A stretch of 64,000 bases of DNA from Thermoplasmata archaeon (GTDB lineage: Archaea > Thermoplasmatota > Thermoplasmata > GCA-020350865): the NCBI GenBank assembly GCA_020348445.1, contig CP070751.1:5081187-5145186 (forward strand). The letters run 5' to 3'. The position numbers and the translations under genes are program-made. This document shows, piece after piece, positions 35,501-44,700 of this stretch; the stretch's first letter is position 1, and each line of letters opens with the position of its first letter. Below the pieces are notes generated by a model. The model was not told the DNA's origin. It saw only the letters and a program-made list of their open reading frames with translations, and searched no databases.

Positions 35501-38355
35501 ATGTAACCCCCTGTATTGTTGTACAGTGAGCAGGCGCCCCATTCCAGAAATCCAACAGACACGTTCTTTGCGACAAGAGGAGTTCCACCTGGATTGTCGG
35601 TTATTTCTATGTAATCCACTACCGGGGTAAGCACAATGTATAAGACGCTATCATTGAAACCACTAACACTTGTATTCAACCACACTTCACCAGGATCCTT
35701 ACTGACATTGATTCCATTCACATCTGAAGGTGTTCCTCCAAGAAGCGATGAGGTGCCACCATCTGCGGTCCAGTTCGCACTCACTCTGCCGATATATCCA
35801 ATCGTATCATTGAACATGCAGCAGTAACCCCATTCAGTAAAGCCCACAGGAACAGTACTTCCTGTAAGGGGACTCCCGCCTGGAAGATCGGTTATTTCGA
35901 TATAATCCACTGATGGAGGTATAACATTGTACTGGATGCTAAAATTGTGTGTGTTATTGTAACTTGCGTTGAGCCACACGATTGATCCGTTAATGCCTAC
36001 ATCGATTCCGTTCATCATGGCAGGGGATATCCCAAGAAGCGACGAATTGCCGCCTTCTGCAGTCCAGTTTGCACTCACCACATCAATGAATCCTACTGTT
36101 TTGTTGTATGCGGAGCAACTTCCTGACTTTTGGTATTTAACTGGGACGATTCCGCCTGAAAGTGGGGGTCCACCCGGGCCATCTGTGATCATTATATAGT
36201 CCACTTTCGGAGGCGTAACATTATACTGGACACCAAAAACGTATCCTTTATAACTAGCATTGAGCCAAACGACATCTGGTATGAAACTTACATTTAGTCC
36301 GCAGAAAAACCCTGGTGTTGGTGCGATAAGTATGGAGTCTCCACCTTTTACAGTCCAGTCTGCCCAGGCCACATCGATAAAGCCCCCTGTGATATTGTAG
36401 GCTGAGCAGTTGCCCCATTCCAAAAAGCCCACAGATACATTGCCGCCTGTCAAAATATTTCCGTCTGGAACATCGGTTATCTGGATGTAATCCACGGCCC
36501 AGGGGCTTACTGAATATTGGATACTATAGGTATGTCCATTATAGCTTGCATTTAGCCAAACTCTGCCGGTTGTGGTACCTACATCGATTCCGTTTAAGAT
36601 CTCTGGCTCGGGGCCAAGAAGGGTGGCATCACCACCATCTACGCTCCAGTCTGCATTCACAGTTCCGATGTAACCTACTGTAAGATTATAAGCAGAGCAG
36701 TTGCCCCATTCTTTGAAGTCTAACGGTACAATATCACCTATTATGGGTTGACCATTAGGGACATCAGTGATCTGTATGTAATCGGCTGTTGGCGGCAGAA
36801 TATTCAAAGAGAAATTATCAGTCCATAAGGGATTTATACCACTGGTTCCGTTTATATCCACTAAACCTGTGGTAAATCCCGCGATAAAGGTTGTTGAGTT
36901 ACCGAACAAATTAGTGAGTGAACCTAGGGGGGGATTTTGAATCCAATTAACCTCAACCAGATCAACGAATACTCCACTTGTTAAATTGAAGCCTGAGGCG
37001 TAAATCGTGATGTTACCTCCCACGGGAAGAATCACTGCTTCTAAAGGTGTTCCCCCTGGAGAATCGGTCAGGATTATATAATCCAGGGTGGGGAGCGGCA
37101 CAATGGTGGCAAAGTAGATGTCGTAGGTTGTCAAGCTGCGGCGGTCTTCCCAGGCCACAAAAATTCTGTCAGATGAGTAAGTTGCTATGGTGGGATTTTG
37201 CTGAGATTCGAAATTTTTGTCATCGTTCACCCTCAGATTGGGGTGTGCCCAAGTCGCGCCACCATCTGTAGAATTAGAATAATATATATCTGGATCCCCT
37301 TTGCGGAGGTCTTGCCAGGCCATATGTATGATGTTGTCAGTATCCACTGCTATGGAAAGAGCAGTTTGATCTGATGAGCCAGAATCGGTATTGACTCTTA
37401 AATTTGGATTGCTCCAAGTTGCACCGGAATCAGTGGAATTGGCTAAATAAATATCCCAGTCGCCGTTGCGCTTATCCTCCCATGCAACAAAAACATTTCC
37501 CAATAAGTCCGAGGCTAATTTGGGGTATCGCTGACTCTCGTTAAGGGTATCGGAATTGATCCTGATATCGTTTGTGAGCCAGGTCATACCCCCATCCATG
37601 GACTTGGAAAGGAAGATGTCACGATCCCCGGTGCGGTCATCTTGCCAGGCGACATATACATTTCCAATGGGATCAACAATTATCGAAGGAAACCGTTGAC
37701 TTGAGTTCGTGGTATCGTTGCCAACCCTAACATTGGGATGGGTCCAGTTGACTCCTTGATTGGAGGACTTTGCAAAGTAGATGTCCCAGTCACCATTACG
37801 GACATCTTCCCAGACCGCGTAGATTGTACCAGAAGAATCCACTGCAATATCAGGATATCTCTGACTTACACCGAGAATGTCGGTGTTGATCTTAATATTG
37901 GGATCTGACCAGTTCGCCCCACCATTTGTTGAGTTTGCAAAGTATATGTCGGAGTTGGAATTGCGATAATCTTCCCAGACCACATATATGGTTTCAGAGG
38001 AATATGTGGCGATGGCCGGATTGGATTGAACAGAATTTACTGAATCGTTGTTGATTTTTATATCTGGATCCCTCCAGGTCTCGCCTTTATCACTGGAATT
38101 GGTAAAGTAAATGTCAGGATCTATATTGCGGTAATCCTCCCAGACAAGGTAAATGTCACCTGCTGCGCCCACAGCCATGGCGGGGTGATATTGCTCAGCC
38201 ACAATGGTCTCGTTGTTCACCATCAAGTTAACTGAAAATGGAGTATCAGCAGAAACTGAAGGGAAAATGGCGCTAAAAGTGAGGTTTATACCCGTAGATA
38301 ATAGGAGGAAGGTAACTGCGAAAGCCCAGGCTTCTTTTATCGTTTTATGGTTCAT
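32578..38355 (-). CDS. Surface protein: 7-blade BNR/Asp-box propeller, ~13 Ig-like repeats, FN3, TM and acidic poly-Pro cytoplasmic tail
   Basis: Seven AVDxxGxIYxxWED blades with SxDxGxTW boxes. Repeats of DYIxITDxPxGxP...WGxCSAYN. FN3 segment YYYRIIAVDEAGNES. TM WVLLLVIPIIIIVLLLILFLI. Tail (EEPPPPDDED)x3. ATG 38355 with AGGT RBS is preferred over 38373. Confidence 0.9.
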   Translation of the reverse strand: MNHKTIKEAWAFAVTFLLLSTGINLTFSAIFPSVSADTPFSVNLMVNNETIVAEQYHPAMAVGAAGDIYLVWEDYRNIDPDIYFTNSSDKGETWRDPDIKINNDSVNSVQSNPAIATYSSETIYVVWEDYRNSNSDIYFANSTNGGANWSDPNIKINTDILGVSQRYPDIAVDSSGTIYAVWEDVRNGDWDIYFAKSSNQGVNWTHPNVRVGNDTTNSSQRFPSIIVDPIGNVYVAWQDDRTGDRDIFLSKSMDGGMTWLTNDIRINSDTLNESQRYPKLASDLLGNVFVAWEDKRNGDWDIYLANSTDSGATWSNPNLRVNTDSGSSDQTALSIAVDTDNIIHMAWQDLRKGDPDIYYSNSTDGGATWAHPNLRVNDDKNFESQQNPTIATYSSDRIFVAWEDRRSLTTYDIYFATIVPLPTLDYIILTDSPGGTPLEAVILPVGGNITIYASGFNLTSGVFVDLVEVNWIQNPPLGSLTNLFGNSTTFIAGFTTGLVDINGTSGINPLWTDNFSLNILPPTADYIQITDVPNGQPIIGDIVPLDFKEWGNCSAYNLTVGYIGTVNADWSVDGGDATLLGPEPEILNGIDVGTTTGRVWLNASYNGHTYSIQYSVSPWAVDYIQITDVPDGNILTGGNVSVGFLEWGNCSAYNITGGFIDVAWADWTVKGGDSILIAPTPGFFCGLNVSFIPDVVWLNASYKGYVFGVQYNVTPPKVDYIMITDGPGGPPLSGGIVPVKYQKSGSCSAYNKTVGFIDVVSANWTAEGGNSSLLGISPAMMNGIDVGINGSIVWLNASYNNTHNFSIQYNVIPPSVDYIEITDLPGGSPLTGSTVPVGFTEWGYCCMFNDTIGYIGRVSANWTADGGTSSLLGGTPSDVNGINVSKDPGEVWLNTSVSGFNDSVLYIVLTPVVDYIEITDNPGGTPLVAKNVSVGFLEWGACSLYNNTGGYIRTGSGDWKAEGGTSSLFGPTPEITNAIQVGIVGGDVWFNVSYNGHSDSVLYNVSPPTVDYIEITDIPDGTQLVGSLVSFGFQEWGNCSGYNDTADFIGVLDATWTAKGGNSLLLGATPAVLNGIDVGTIEGPVWFNASWGGYNDSVQYEVIFATIDYIQITDVPNGTPLLGGSVPLGHREWGNCSAYNITHGYVGHVTASWTVEGGGSSLLNVTPSSSNGVDVGLILESVWLNASYTTFTYSIRYDIIPPTPDVIEITDIPNGNPVLGGTVLVGERIWGHCSAFNDTVGYIGVVNAQWTAEGGTSSLLDSTPGTFNGIDVGIIQGIVWFNASYGGRSYSIQFTVSPPLVDYIEITDVPNGTPLPGGIMPLGIREWGNCSSYNNTAGFIGTVNADWTAEGQASTLLGISPAHLNGIDLGTTDGTVWFNASFDGATDSVQYLVSPPTVDFIKITDVPGGAALEGGVVPVGFREWGNCSAYNDSVGFIDSVAATWSTFGGTSTVFIGAPTVLNGINVGKIPGIVWLLANFEEKTFGVQYTVSQPTVDKIIIRSEPDDSGKPVGDRTYIVYQQESFYAAAYNNTAGYISDVDATWESSDENVGIMDISTIQPKFIAQLVQRDLICIVNASYLGIKNSTGYLTVLKPMIDEIIIRDAEKGEGNITTSRWYSAGETDQFYAAAYNDTAKFLYDVEVFWSSDDVTVGLVTSFGIWTNFTAQELSEDGICKITAFYSAQLSDSTGIITVLAPIDDPPPDAPIQPTLKVLGKDKIEITWTPNTESDMDHYIIQRATSPDGPWINVTNASRDETSFTDSGLEPGASYYYRIIAVDEAGNESPHSQEAHGTTETGSSPEEESPWVLLLVIPIIIIVLLLILFLIRRKPKEKELTYEEKALRIALQEQRLSNNRIPPPPRKKKAILRVTKDKAEPSKGSEKEEEAPFKAEEEEEEEPPPPDDEDEEPPPPDDEDEEPPPPDDEDF
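32586..32672 (-). repeat. 30-bp coding tandem repeat (EEPPPPDDED x3)
   Basis: Three units of about tcatcatctggaggagggggctc with a 30-nt period. Confidence 0.85.
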
Positions 38356-38405
38356 ATTACCTATTCTCCCCATTACTACGATACTAATAGATATGTTTCT
38401 ATTAG

Positions 38406-38431
38406 ATATAAACCTATCTTTTGGATGGCCA
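38406..38431 (-). promoter_or_regulatory. Conserved promoter motif (CCAA..GATAG + TTTATAT) of the surface-protein paralog family
   Basis: Minus strand reads tggccatccaaaagataggtttatat. Similar motifs at 41615-41639 and 46673-46691. Confidence 0.5.
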
Positions 38432-38546
38432 AGAATTGTAATTTCTAATTATTTGGGGATTAAAATATCCATTAACTAATCATCTCATCGCCCAGAATTT
38501 ACAAATTTAGCCCTCATCACAGCGATTAAGTCTACGGATCCTATTC

Positions 38547-38900
38547 TTAATCATCCGGTGGTGGAGGTTCCCCATCATGAGCATCCATTGCCTCTTCAAC
38601 ATCTAGCGGTGGAGGTTCCTCATCCTCATAATCCATTAACCCTTCATCATCTAAGTGTGGAGGTCAATCCCCAGGATCCATTGGCTCTTCATCATCCGGT
38701 GGTGGCTTCTCATCCTCAGAATCCATTAACCCTTCATCATCTAAGTGTGGAGGTTAATCCCCAGGATCCTTTGGCTCTTCATCATCCGGTGGTGGAGGTT
38801 CTTCATCCTCAGAATCCATTGGCTCCTCATCCTCCAGTGGTGGAGGCTCCTCATCACCAGAGTCCATTGACTCTTCGCCATCCACCAGGGGGGATTCCCC
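38547..38900 (-). repeat. Degenerate acidic-proline coding repeat extending in frame past the stop of 38754-41669, including a 90-bp-period duplication
   Basis: The in-frame translation after TAA (38754-56) reads PPHLDDEGLMDSEDEKPPPDDEEPMDPGD*PPHLDDEGLMDYEDEEPPPLDVEEAMDAHDGEPPPPDD*. Bases 38631-38705 match 38721-38795 except at 2 positions. Confidence 0.88.
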
Positions 38901-41669
38901 GTCATCTATGGGCGACGGTTCCTCCTTGGAAGGTTTCGAACCCTTTTCATCTTCCTCCTTTCTTCTGCGGAGAAGTAGCAATAGGAGTATAAGGACGAGG
39001 AATATCAATAGTATGGCAGGAATCAGGCAAGGAAACTCGGTATCCTTTTCTTCTTCAGCAAGACTCACGTAGATTGTGAACGTGCAATTGTCGAAACCAT
39101 CCTTTCCGTCTGTTACCTGTATCGTGAAGACGTTAGATCCAAAGTTATCTTTTAAAGGGGTGCCATAGATTGTTCCGTTCCAAGGATCTATCTGCAGCCA
39201 TATGGGTCCTGAGACCCTGCTCCAGGTAAGAGGATCAGAGTCAGGATCTGTGGCCGTGAACGTGAAGTTCACCATTATACCTTCTTTTGCTTTAGTAGGT
39301 GCTGATTCCTTGTTCGTTATCCTTGGAGGTCTGTTTTGGGATTCTATCCCAACTACGATTGTAAATGTATAATTGTCATATCCACCCTTTCCATCGCTCA
39401 CTTGTATCGTAAAGATATTTGGGCCGAGGTCCTCCAGTAATGGCATTCCATATATGGTACCATTGTCTGATCCGATGTGCAACCAACTCGGTCCCGAAAT
39501 CCTACCCCAGGTGAGGGGATCTGTATCTGGGTCCTCTGCTGTGAACGTGAATTTAACTGTGTAGTTCGCTATTGCAGTTGAGGGTTCGGATTCTCTGTTT
39601 GTAATAATTGGAGGATTATTTTGAGGTTCGTTTGGATCAGATTGAGTAAAGGTAGCAAATATCCAGTAACCGTCAGGTTGATTGCCATAGGAACTCGTCT
39701 CCCACCCATCTGTCAGATTGACCCGCCAATAAAAGAAACCAAAAGGGCGTGTATCGAAGGTTCCGGACTCTGTAACAGGTCCTGAGCCGGATTCTATGAT
39801 ATCTGTGAACTCTGAATCTGTTGCCACTTCCCAGTTGTAGCTTTGAGGTAAATCACCTTCACTGTCCATATTTGGTGAATTCCAAGATACAATTTGGCTT
39901 GAATTGGCCTCTATAACGCTCTCATCCCTTGGGGTAACAGGTTCTGAGGGTGCTAGAACCTCATTCATATGAAAGTCAACCCAGGAGACGGGACTCCACA
40001 CACCTGAGCTGTTTTGCACTGCAACCTTAAGTTTGTACGTGGTCCCATCGTCTAGTGGAGGACCGTTTGTGGGATATGGAGCTGTGTTGTATATGACATT
40101 TACAAATGATCCTGAGGTAGCCGAATGAGTTCTGTTACATTCCCATAATAACGTTGATCCAAAAGCATCCCAGACGCCGACATTGTATCGTATAAGGGGG
40201 TCAGAATGGGGGTCCTTGAATCTAAAACCGAATGTGGGCTCATGTGATATGATGTGCCCAATCCCTTCTGTTGGGCCTAAATAACCTTCCACGCTGAGCA
40301 TGTCTGCATATGGAACAGGATGAACAGAGTCGATTGTAGCCGAGTAGATGTCGTCAGGACCGCTTCGACGATCCTCCCAAGCTACATGAATTGGGCCCAT
40401 GGAGCCTACGGAAATTGTAGGGGTTTTTTGGCTTTCAACTCCGGGGTCTTCATCGCATACCCTAAGATTAGGATCTGTCCAAGTAACTCCATAATTGAGG
40501 GAATATGCGAAGTAAATGTCAAAGTTGCCATTGCGTTTATCCTGCCAAGTCACATAAATTGTTCCTGTATGGCTTACTGTAAGGGAAGGAGAAAGTTGCG
40601 ATGCAGCCCCTGTGTCAGTGTTGATCTTTTTATTTGGATCTGTCCAGTTTGCCCCGCCATCTGTGGATTTGGCAAAGTAGATGTCATTATTGTCGTCTCT
40701 ATAGTCTTGCCAAGCCAAGTAGATATCACCGTTGGGTCCGACACCTATCGAAGGCTCGTTTTGACTCTTTACTGTGGTGTCTTTATTGACTCTGACACTG
40801 GTACTCCAGGTTTCACCGCCATCTGTGGATGAGGCGGCATGTATATCAAAATCGCCTGTTATTTTATCTTCCCAGGCCACGTAAATGGTGCCTTCTGCGT
40901 CCACGGCTACTGTGGGATTGAGCTGTAGGGAGGAAGCAGGGTCCCGGTTGACCTTTGTATTTGGATCACTCCAGTCATCTCCCCTGTTGGTGGACATGGC
41001 AAAGTATATGTCGAAGTTGCTGTTTCTGTCGTCTTCCCAGACCACATAGATGTTATCAGAGGAGTCCACTTTAAGACATGGATCAGTTTGAGTCCCCCCA
41101 GCCGTACTTATTTTAGTGGGGGGATAGGCCCAGGATTCTCCACCGTTCTCTGATCTGGTGAAGTAGATGTCCCAATCGACTCCGCCATCGTCCTGCCATG
41201 CAAGATATAACGTGCCAGCAGAATCCACGGCAATGGATGGATTGCTTTGGTTTCCAGAGCCGACATCAACCAAGATATTTGGATCAGTCCAGGTCTCCCC
41301 CCAGTCAGAGGATTTGGCAAAGTAGATATCTGAGTTGTAAAGGTCATTGCGATAGTCGTACCAGGCCAAATATGCGGTGCCTGTAGAATCCACGGCAATT
41401 GTAGGTGCATTCTGTACTGTTAAAGTGGAGTCAGTGTTCACCTTAACGTTATCTGAAAACGGAGGATCGCCTTTTACCTTTGGTGTTTCCAGGGAAATCA
41501 GAAATGTAACGCTGGCAACAAACAGAGATGCAACAATGCACATGGTTTTAATCTTTCTTGGAATTACTCTCAAAGTCAAACAGCCTCTCTTTGAAATCAT
41601 ATTCATCATATGGTATTTAAAACCTATCTTGGATAGCCATTGAAAATAATTTCGAATTCTAAATAGCAA
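38754..41669 (-). CDS. Surface protein: 7-blade BNR propeller, two cadherin/He_PIG-like Ig domains, TM and acidic Pro-rich tail
   Basis: Seven blades with SxDxGxTW boxes. Two NxPPxITN...FTFTAxDPDxDPLTW..SGPxWL...GTIYGxP repeats. TM followed by RRRK. The real start is probably a TTG at 41573 or 41579 (GAGAGG RBS, TATA at 41615-41622). Confidence 0.88.
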   Translation of the reverse strand: MLFRIRNYFQWLSKIGFKYHMMNMISKRGCLTLRVIPRKIKTMCIVASLFVASVTFLISLETPKVKGDPPFSDNVKVNTDSTLTVQNAPTIAVDSTGTAYLAWYDYRNDLYNSDIYFAKSSDWGETWTDPNILVDVGSGNQSNPSIAVDSAGTLYLAWQDDGGVDWDIYFTRSENGGESWAYPPTKISTAGGTQTDPCLKVDSSDNIYVVWEDDRNSNFDIYFAMSTNRGDDWSDPNTKVNRDPASSLQLNPTVAVDAEGTIYVAWEDKITGDFDIHAASSTDGGETWSTSVRVNKDTTVKSQNEPSIGVGPNGDIYLAWQDYRDDNNDIYFAKSTDGGANWTDPNKKINTDTGAASQLSPSLTVSHTGTIYVTWQDKRNGNFDIYFAYSLNYGVTWTDPNLRVCDEDPGVESQKTPTISVGSMGPIHVAWEDRRSGPDDIYSATIDSVHPVPYADMLSVEGYLGPTEGIGHIISHEPTFGFRFKDPHSDPLIRYNVGVWDAFGSTLLWECNRTHSATSGSFVNVIYNTAPYPTNGPPLDDGTTYKLKVAVQNSSGVWSPVSWVDFHMNEVLAPSEPVTPRDESVIEANSSQIVSWNSPNMDSEGDLPQSYNWEVATDSEFTDIIESGSGPVTESGTFDTRPFGFFYWRVNLTDGWETSSYGNQPDGYWIFATFTQSDPNEPQNNPPIITNRESEPSTAIANYTVKFTFTAEDPDTDPLTWGRISGPSWLHIGSDNGTIYGMPLLEDLGPNIFTIQVSDGKGGYDNYTFTIVVGIESQNRPPRITNKESAPTKAKEGIMVNFTFTATDPDSDPLTWSRVSGPIWLQIDPWNGTIYGTPLKDNFGSNVFTIQVTDGKDGFDNCTFTIYVSLAEEEKDTEFPCLIPAILLIFLVLILLLLLLRRRKEEDEKGSKPSKEEPSPIDDGESPLVDGEESMDSGDEEPPPLEDEEPMDSEDEEPPPPDDEEPKDPGD
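41615..41639 (-). promoter_or_regulatory. Conserved paralog promoter motif
   Basis: Minus strand reads tggctatccaagataggttttaaat. Confidence 0.45.
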
Positions 41670-41751
41670 TAGATATCAAGTAAATAAATAATATCTCGTA
41701 CAGGTTCTCCGAAGTCCAAAGGATGCATAGAATAAATCTAAGTTTCAGCTT

Positions 41752-44700
41752 TTACGGTGGGGGAGGCGGCGATGGTCTTTCTTCCACCTCCTCGGACATT
41801 CCATCCTCGTACTCCTCATACATCTCCTCTTCTGAAGTTCCACCCTCGTATTCCTCGTAATCCTCCTCCCCGATTCCCTCATCGGACTGTTCAACCTCTC
41901 CTTCTCCTTCTTCGGGAGGTATTGCCACCTCCGTTTTCTTCTTTCGTCTTAAGGATAGAATCAGTAATATGACGATCGCTAAAAAAGCTAACCCCAAGAT
42001 CAAAATCCATTGGGACTCTTCCTCCTCAGTTTTAGCAGATGCTGCTGTGGAATATGGTGATTCATTACCAGCATCATCAACGGCCGTGATTGCATAATAA
42101 TAAGTCGTATCTGGACTTAGGTCAGAATCAGTGTATGATGTTGTGTCAGCATCCCCCTCGTGCACCATCTCCCAGGGATCGTCGGGTGATTTTCTTCTGT
42201 ATACCCTGTAGTTTGCAACATCAGGATCATCAACCTTAGACCAAGATATCTCGATTTTATCTGACCCTTTGACCTTCAAACTCGGTTTTGCAGGTGCAGC
42301 AGGTTTTATAGTGTCCACAGATGCCGAGACAGTGATAATCCCAGTTGAATTGGATAAAGTGGGGGAATATGTGGCTGTTATTCTACAGGTTCCCTCGGTT
42401 GCCAATTCTTTTACAGTAAAGTTTGTCCAAATACCCAAAGGTGTAACTTCACCCACCGAGGTATCATCAACTGACCATGTGACCTCCACATCCCAAAGAT
42501 AGAAGGCAGTATTGTTATAGGCAGCGGCATAGAATTGGTCTGTTTCTCCACCTGAGAACGTGCGTGTTGTTGTGATGTTTCCCTCTCCATTTGCTGCATC
42601 ACGGATAATGATCTCATCCACCCTGGGCGCCAATACCAAAAGATCCCCTGTGGAGTTCCTGATATCAAGATAAGTAACATTGATTTTACATATGCTATCC
42701 TCGATTACAAGCCTGGCAATGAATTTCGGCGGAGAGATCGTGGTTTCAATTATACCAACACTATTATCACTAATTTCCCAGGTCGCAATTACATTGCGGA
42801 GATATCCCACAGTTTTGTTGTACGCTGCAGCAAATAATATCTCCGTCTGATTGACAATATAGACCTTGTCCGTTATTATCTCTCCTCCGCCACCATCGGC
42901 ATTGCGAATAATTATCTCATCCACTGTGGGTACCAACACAGTTAGTGTTCCTGTGGCGTTCATTTTATCGTCGTATGTTGCATTGACTTTACATTGGGAG
43001 TCCACTGAAATCATCTTGGCCGTGAAGTTGGTCCAATGGCCATATAAGGTCACCACACCTGTATCTGTGTCGTCGCTTTGCCACTCTACAGCAACAAGGC
43101 TGACAAATTCATCGTGGGTATCATTCCAACCGCATGCATAGAATATATAGTTAAGTCCCCCAATGTAATATGAATCGCCGATCCAGCCGCCACTGCCATC
43201 TGGAGTGTCGGATATTAATATACGGTCAATTACCAGGGGATTGACTGTTAAAATCCCAGTCCAGTTCAAATCATACAGAATATTTGACGCAGATACTTTG
43301 CATACACCAGCCTTTTCTGCATCAAATGTCGTGAATGTACTTGGTCCCGAATTCACTGTACCAACATCAGGATTATTGCATTCCCAAACCACTTCTATTA
43401 AGATTACAAACTGGGAATCTGTTTCGTTCCATCCACAGGCATAGAATGTGTCGCTGTCGTATTTATAATAGAGCTGATCGCCTACCCAGCCGCTTGCGCA
43501 ATTTGGAGAGCGGGAGATAATGATTCTATCGATGCCAAAACTGCTAACAGATAATATTCCAGTCCAGTTCGTTGTATAGGATGCATGTGATGCTGAGACA
43601 TTGCATACCCCATCATCAACTGCTGTAAACACACTGGAACCACTACCCACTAGCGGATCCAAGGTCCCGACACTTGTATTGTTACTTGCCCAATTTACCT
43701 CCACGAGCTCAACAAAAACATCATAGGTTTCGTTCCATCCGCAGGCATAGAATGTGTCAGTGCCTCCCTTAACAAAATAATAGTCGCCTATCCAACCACT
43801 TAATCCATCTGGACTGCGAGAAATGAAGATTCTATCTATCTTGAGGGGGACCACAGTCAATACCCCGGTCCAATTCACGCCATATGTAGCATGGGTGGCA
43901 TTGACCATGCATTTTCCAGTAGCAACTGCATTGAACGCGGTCGAGTTTGCCGGTCCTATTTCTACCGAACCAATCCCGGTATCGTTGCTTTTCCAGTTTA
44001 CATCCACCAGCTCAACAAACTCATCATGGGTTTTGTTCCAACCGCATGCATAGAATGTGTCAGTTGCAGTCATATCATATATATAATCACCTATCCAACC
44101 CGTGCTTCCATTGGGTGCAAGTGAGATTACGATATCGTCAATCACCAATGGATCGACCGTCAGAATCCCTGTCCTGTTCGTGGCATAGGAAGCGTGGGAT
44201 GCCGAGACTTTGCACGTTCCAACACCCACAGCATTGAACGTCGTTGTGGTCCCTGAGCCAACAGCCACTTCTCCCACATTCTCATCATCACTTGTCCAGG
44301 TAACATCCACCAAGACCGCGAACTCATCATGAGTCTTATTCCATCCACAGGCATAGTAAATCTCTGAGTCATGTTTTACATAGGACCTGTCATCTATCCA
44401 GCCGCTGCTTCCATCAGGAGTCAAGGATATTAAAATCTCGTCGATTTCCAGGGGATCGACTGTTAATACACCGGTATAATTTATGTCGAACATGGCATGA
44501 TAAGCTGAAACATTGCATGTTCCCACATTCACAGCCTCGAATTTCGTTGAAAAATCGGGTCCCTGAACAACGGTACCAATTAATTCATCATTACTGTTCC
44601 ATTCCACGTCAACTAAGGCCACGAACTCGTCGTGAGTGTTGTTCCAACCGCAGGCGTAGAAAGTATCGTTTTCGTACTTTTTATAGGTTTGATCGCCGAT

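Noticed and set aside
38558-38992. 144-aa His/Pro-rich plus-strand ORF
   Set aside because: It is the antisense shadow of the minus-strand EEPPPPDD repeat (GAT/GAG/CCA codons read as ATC/CTC/TGG and shifted CAT/CCT). No independent coding evidence.
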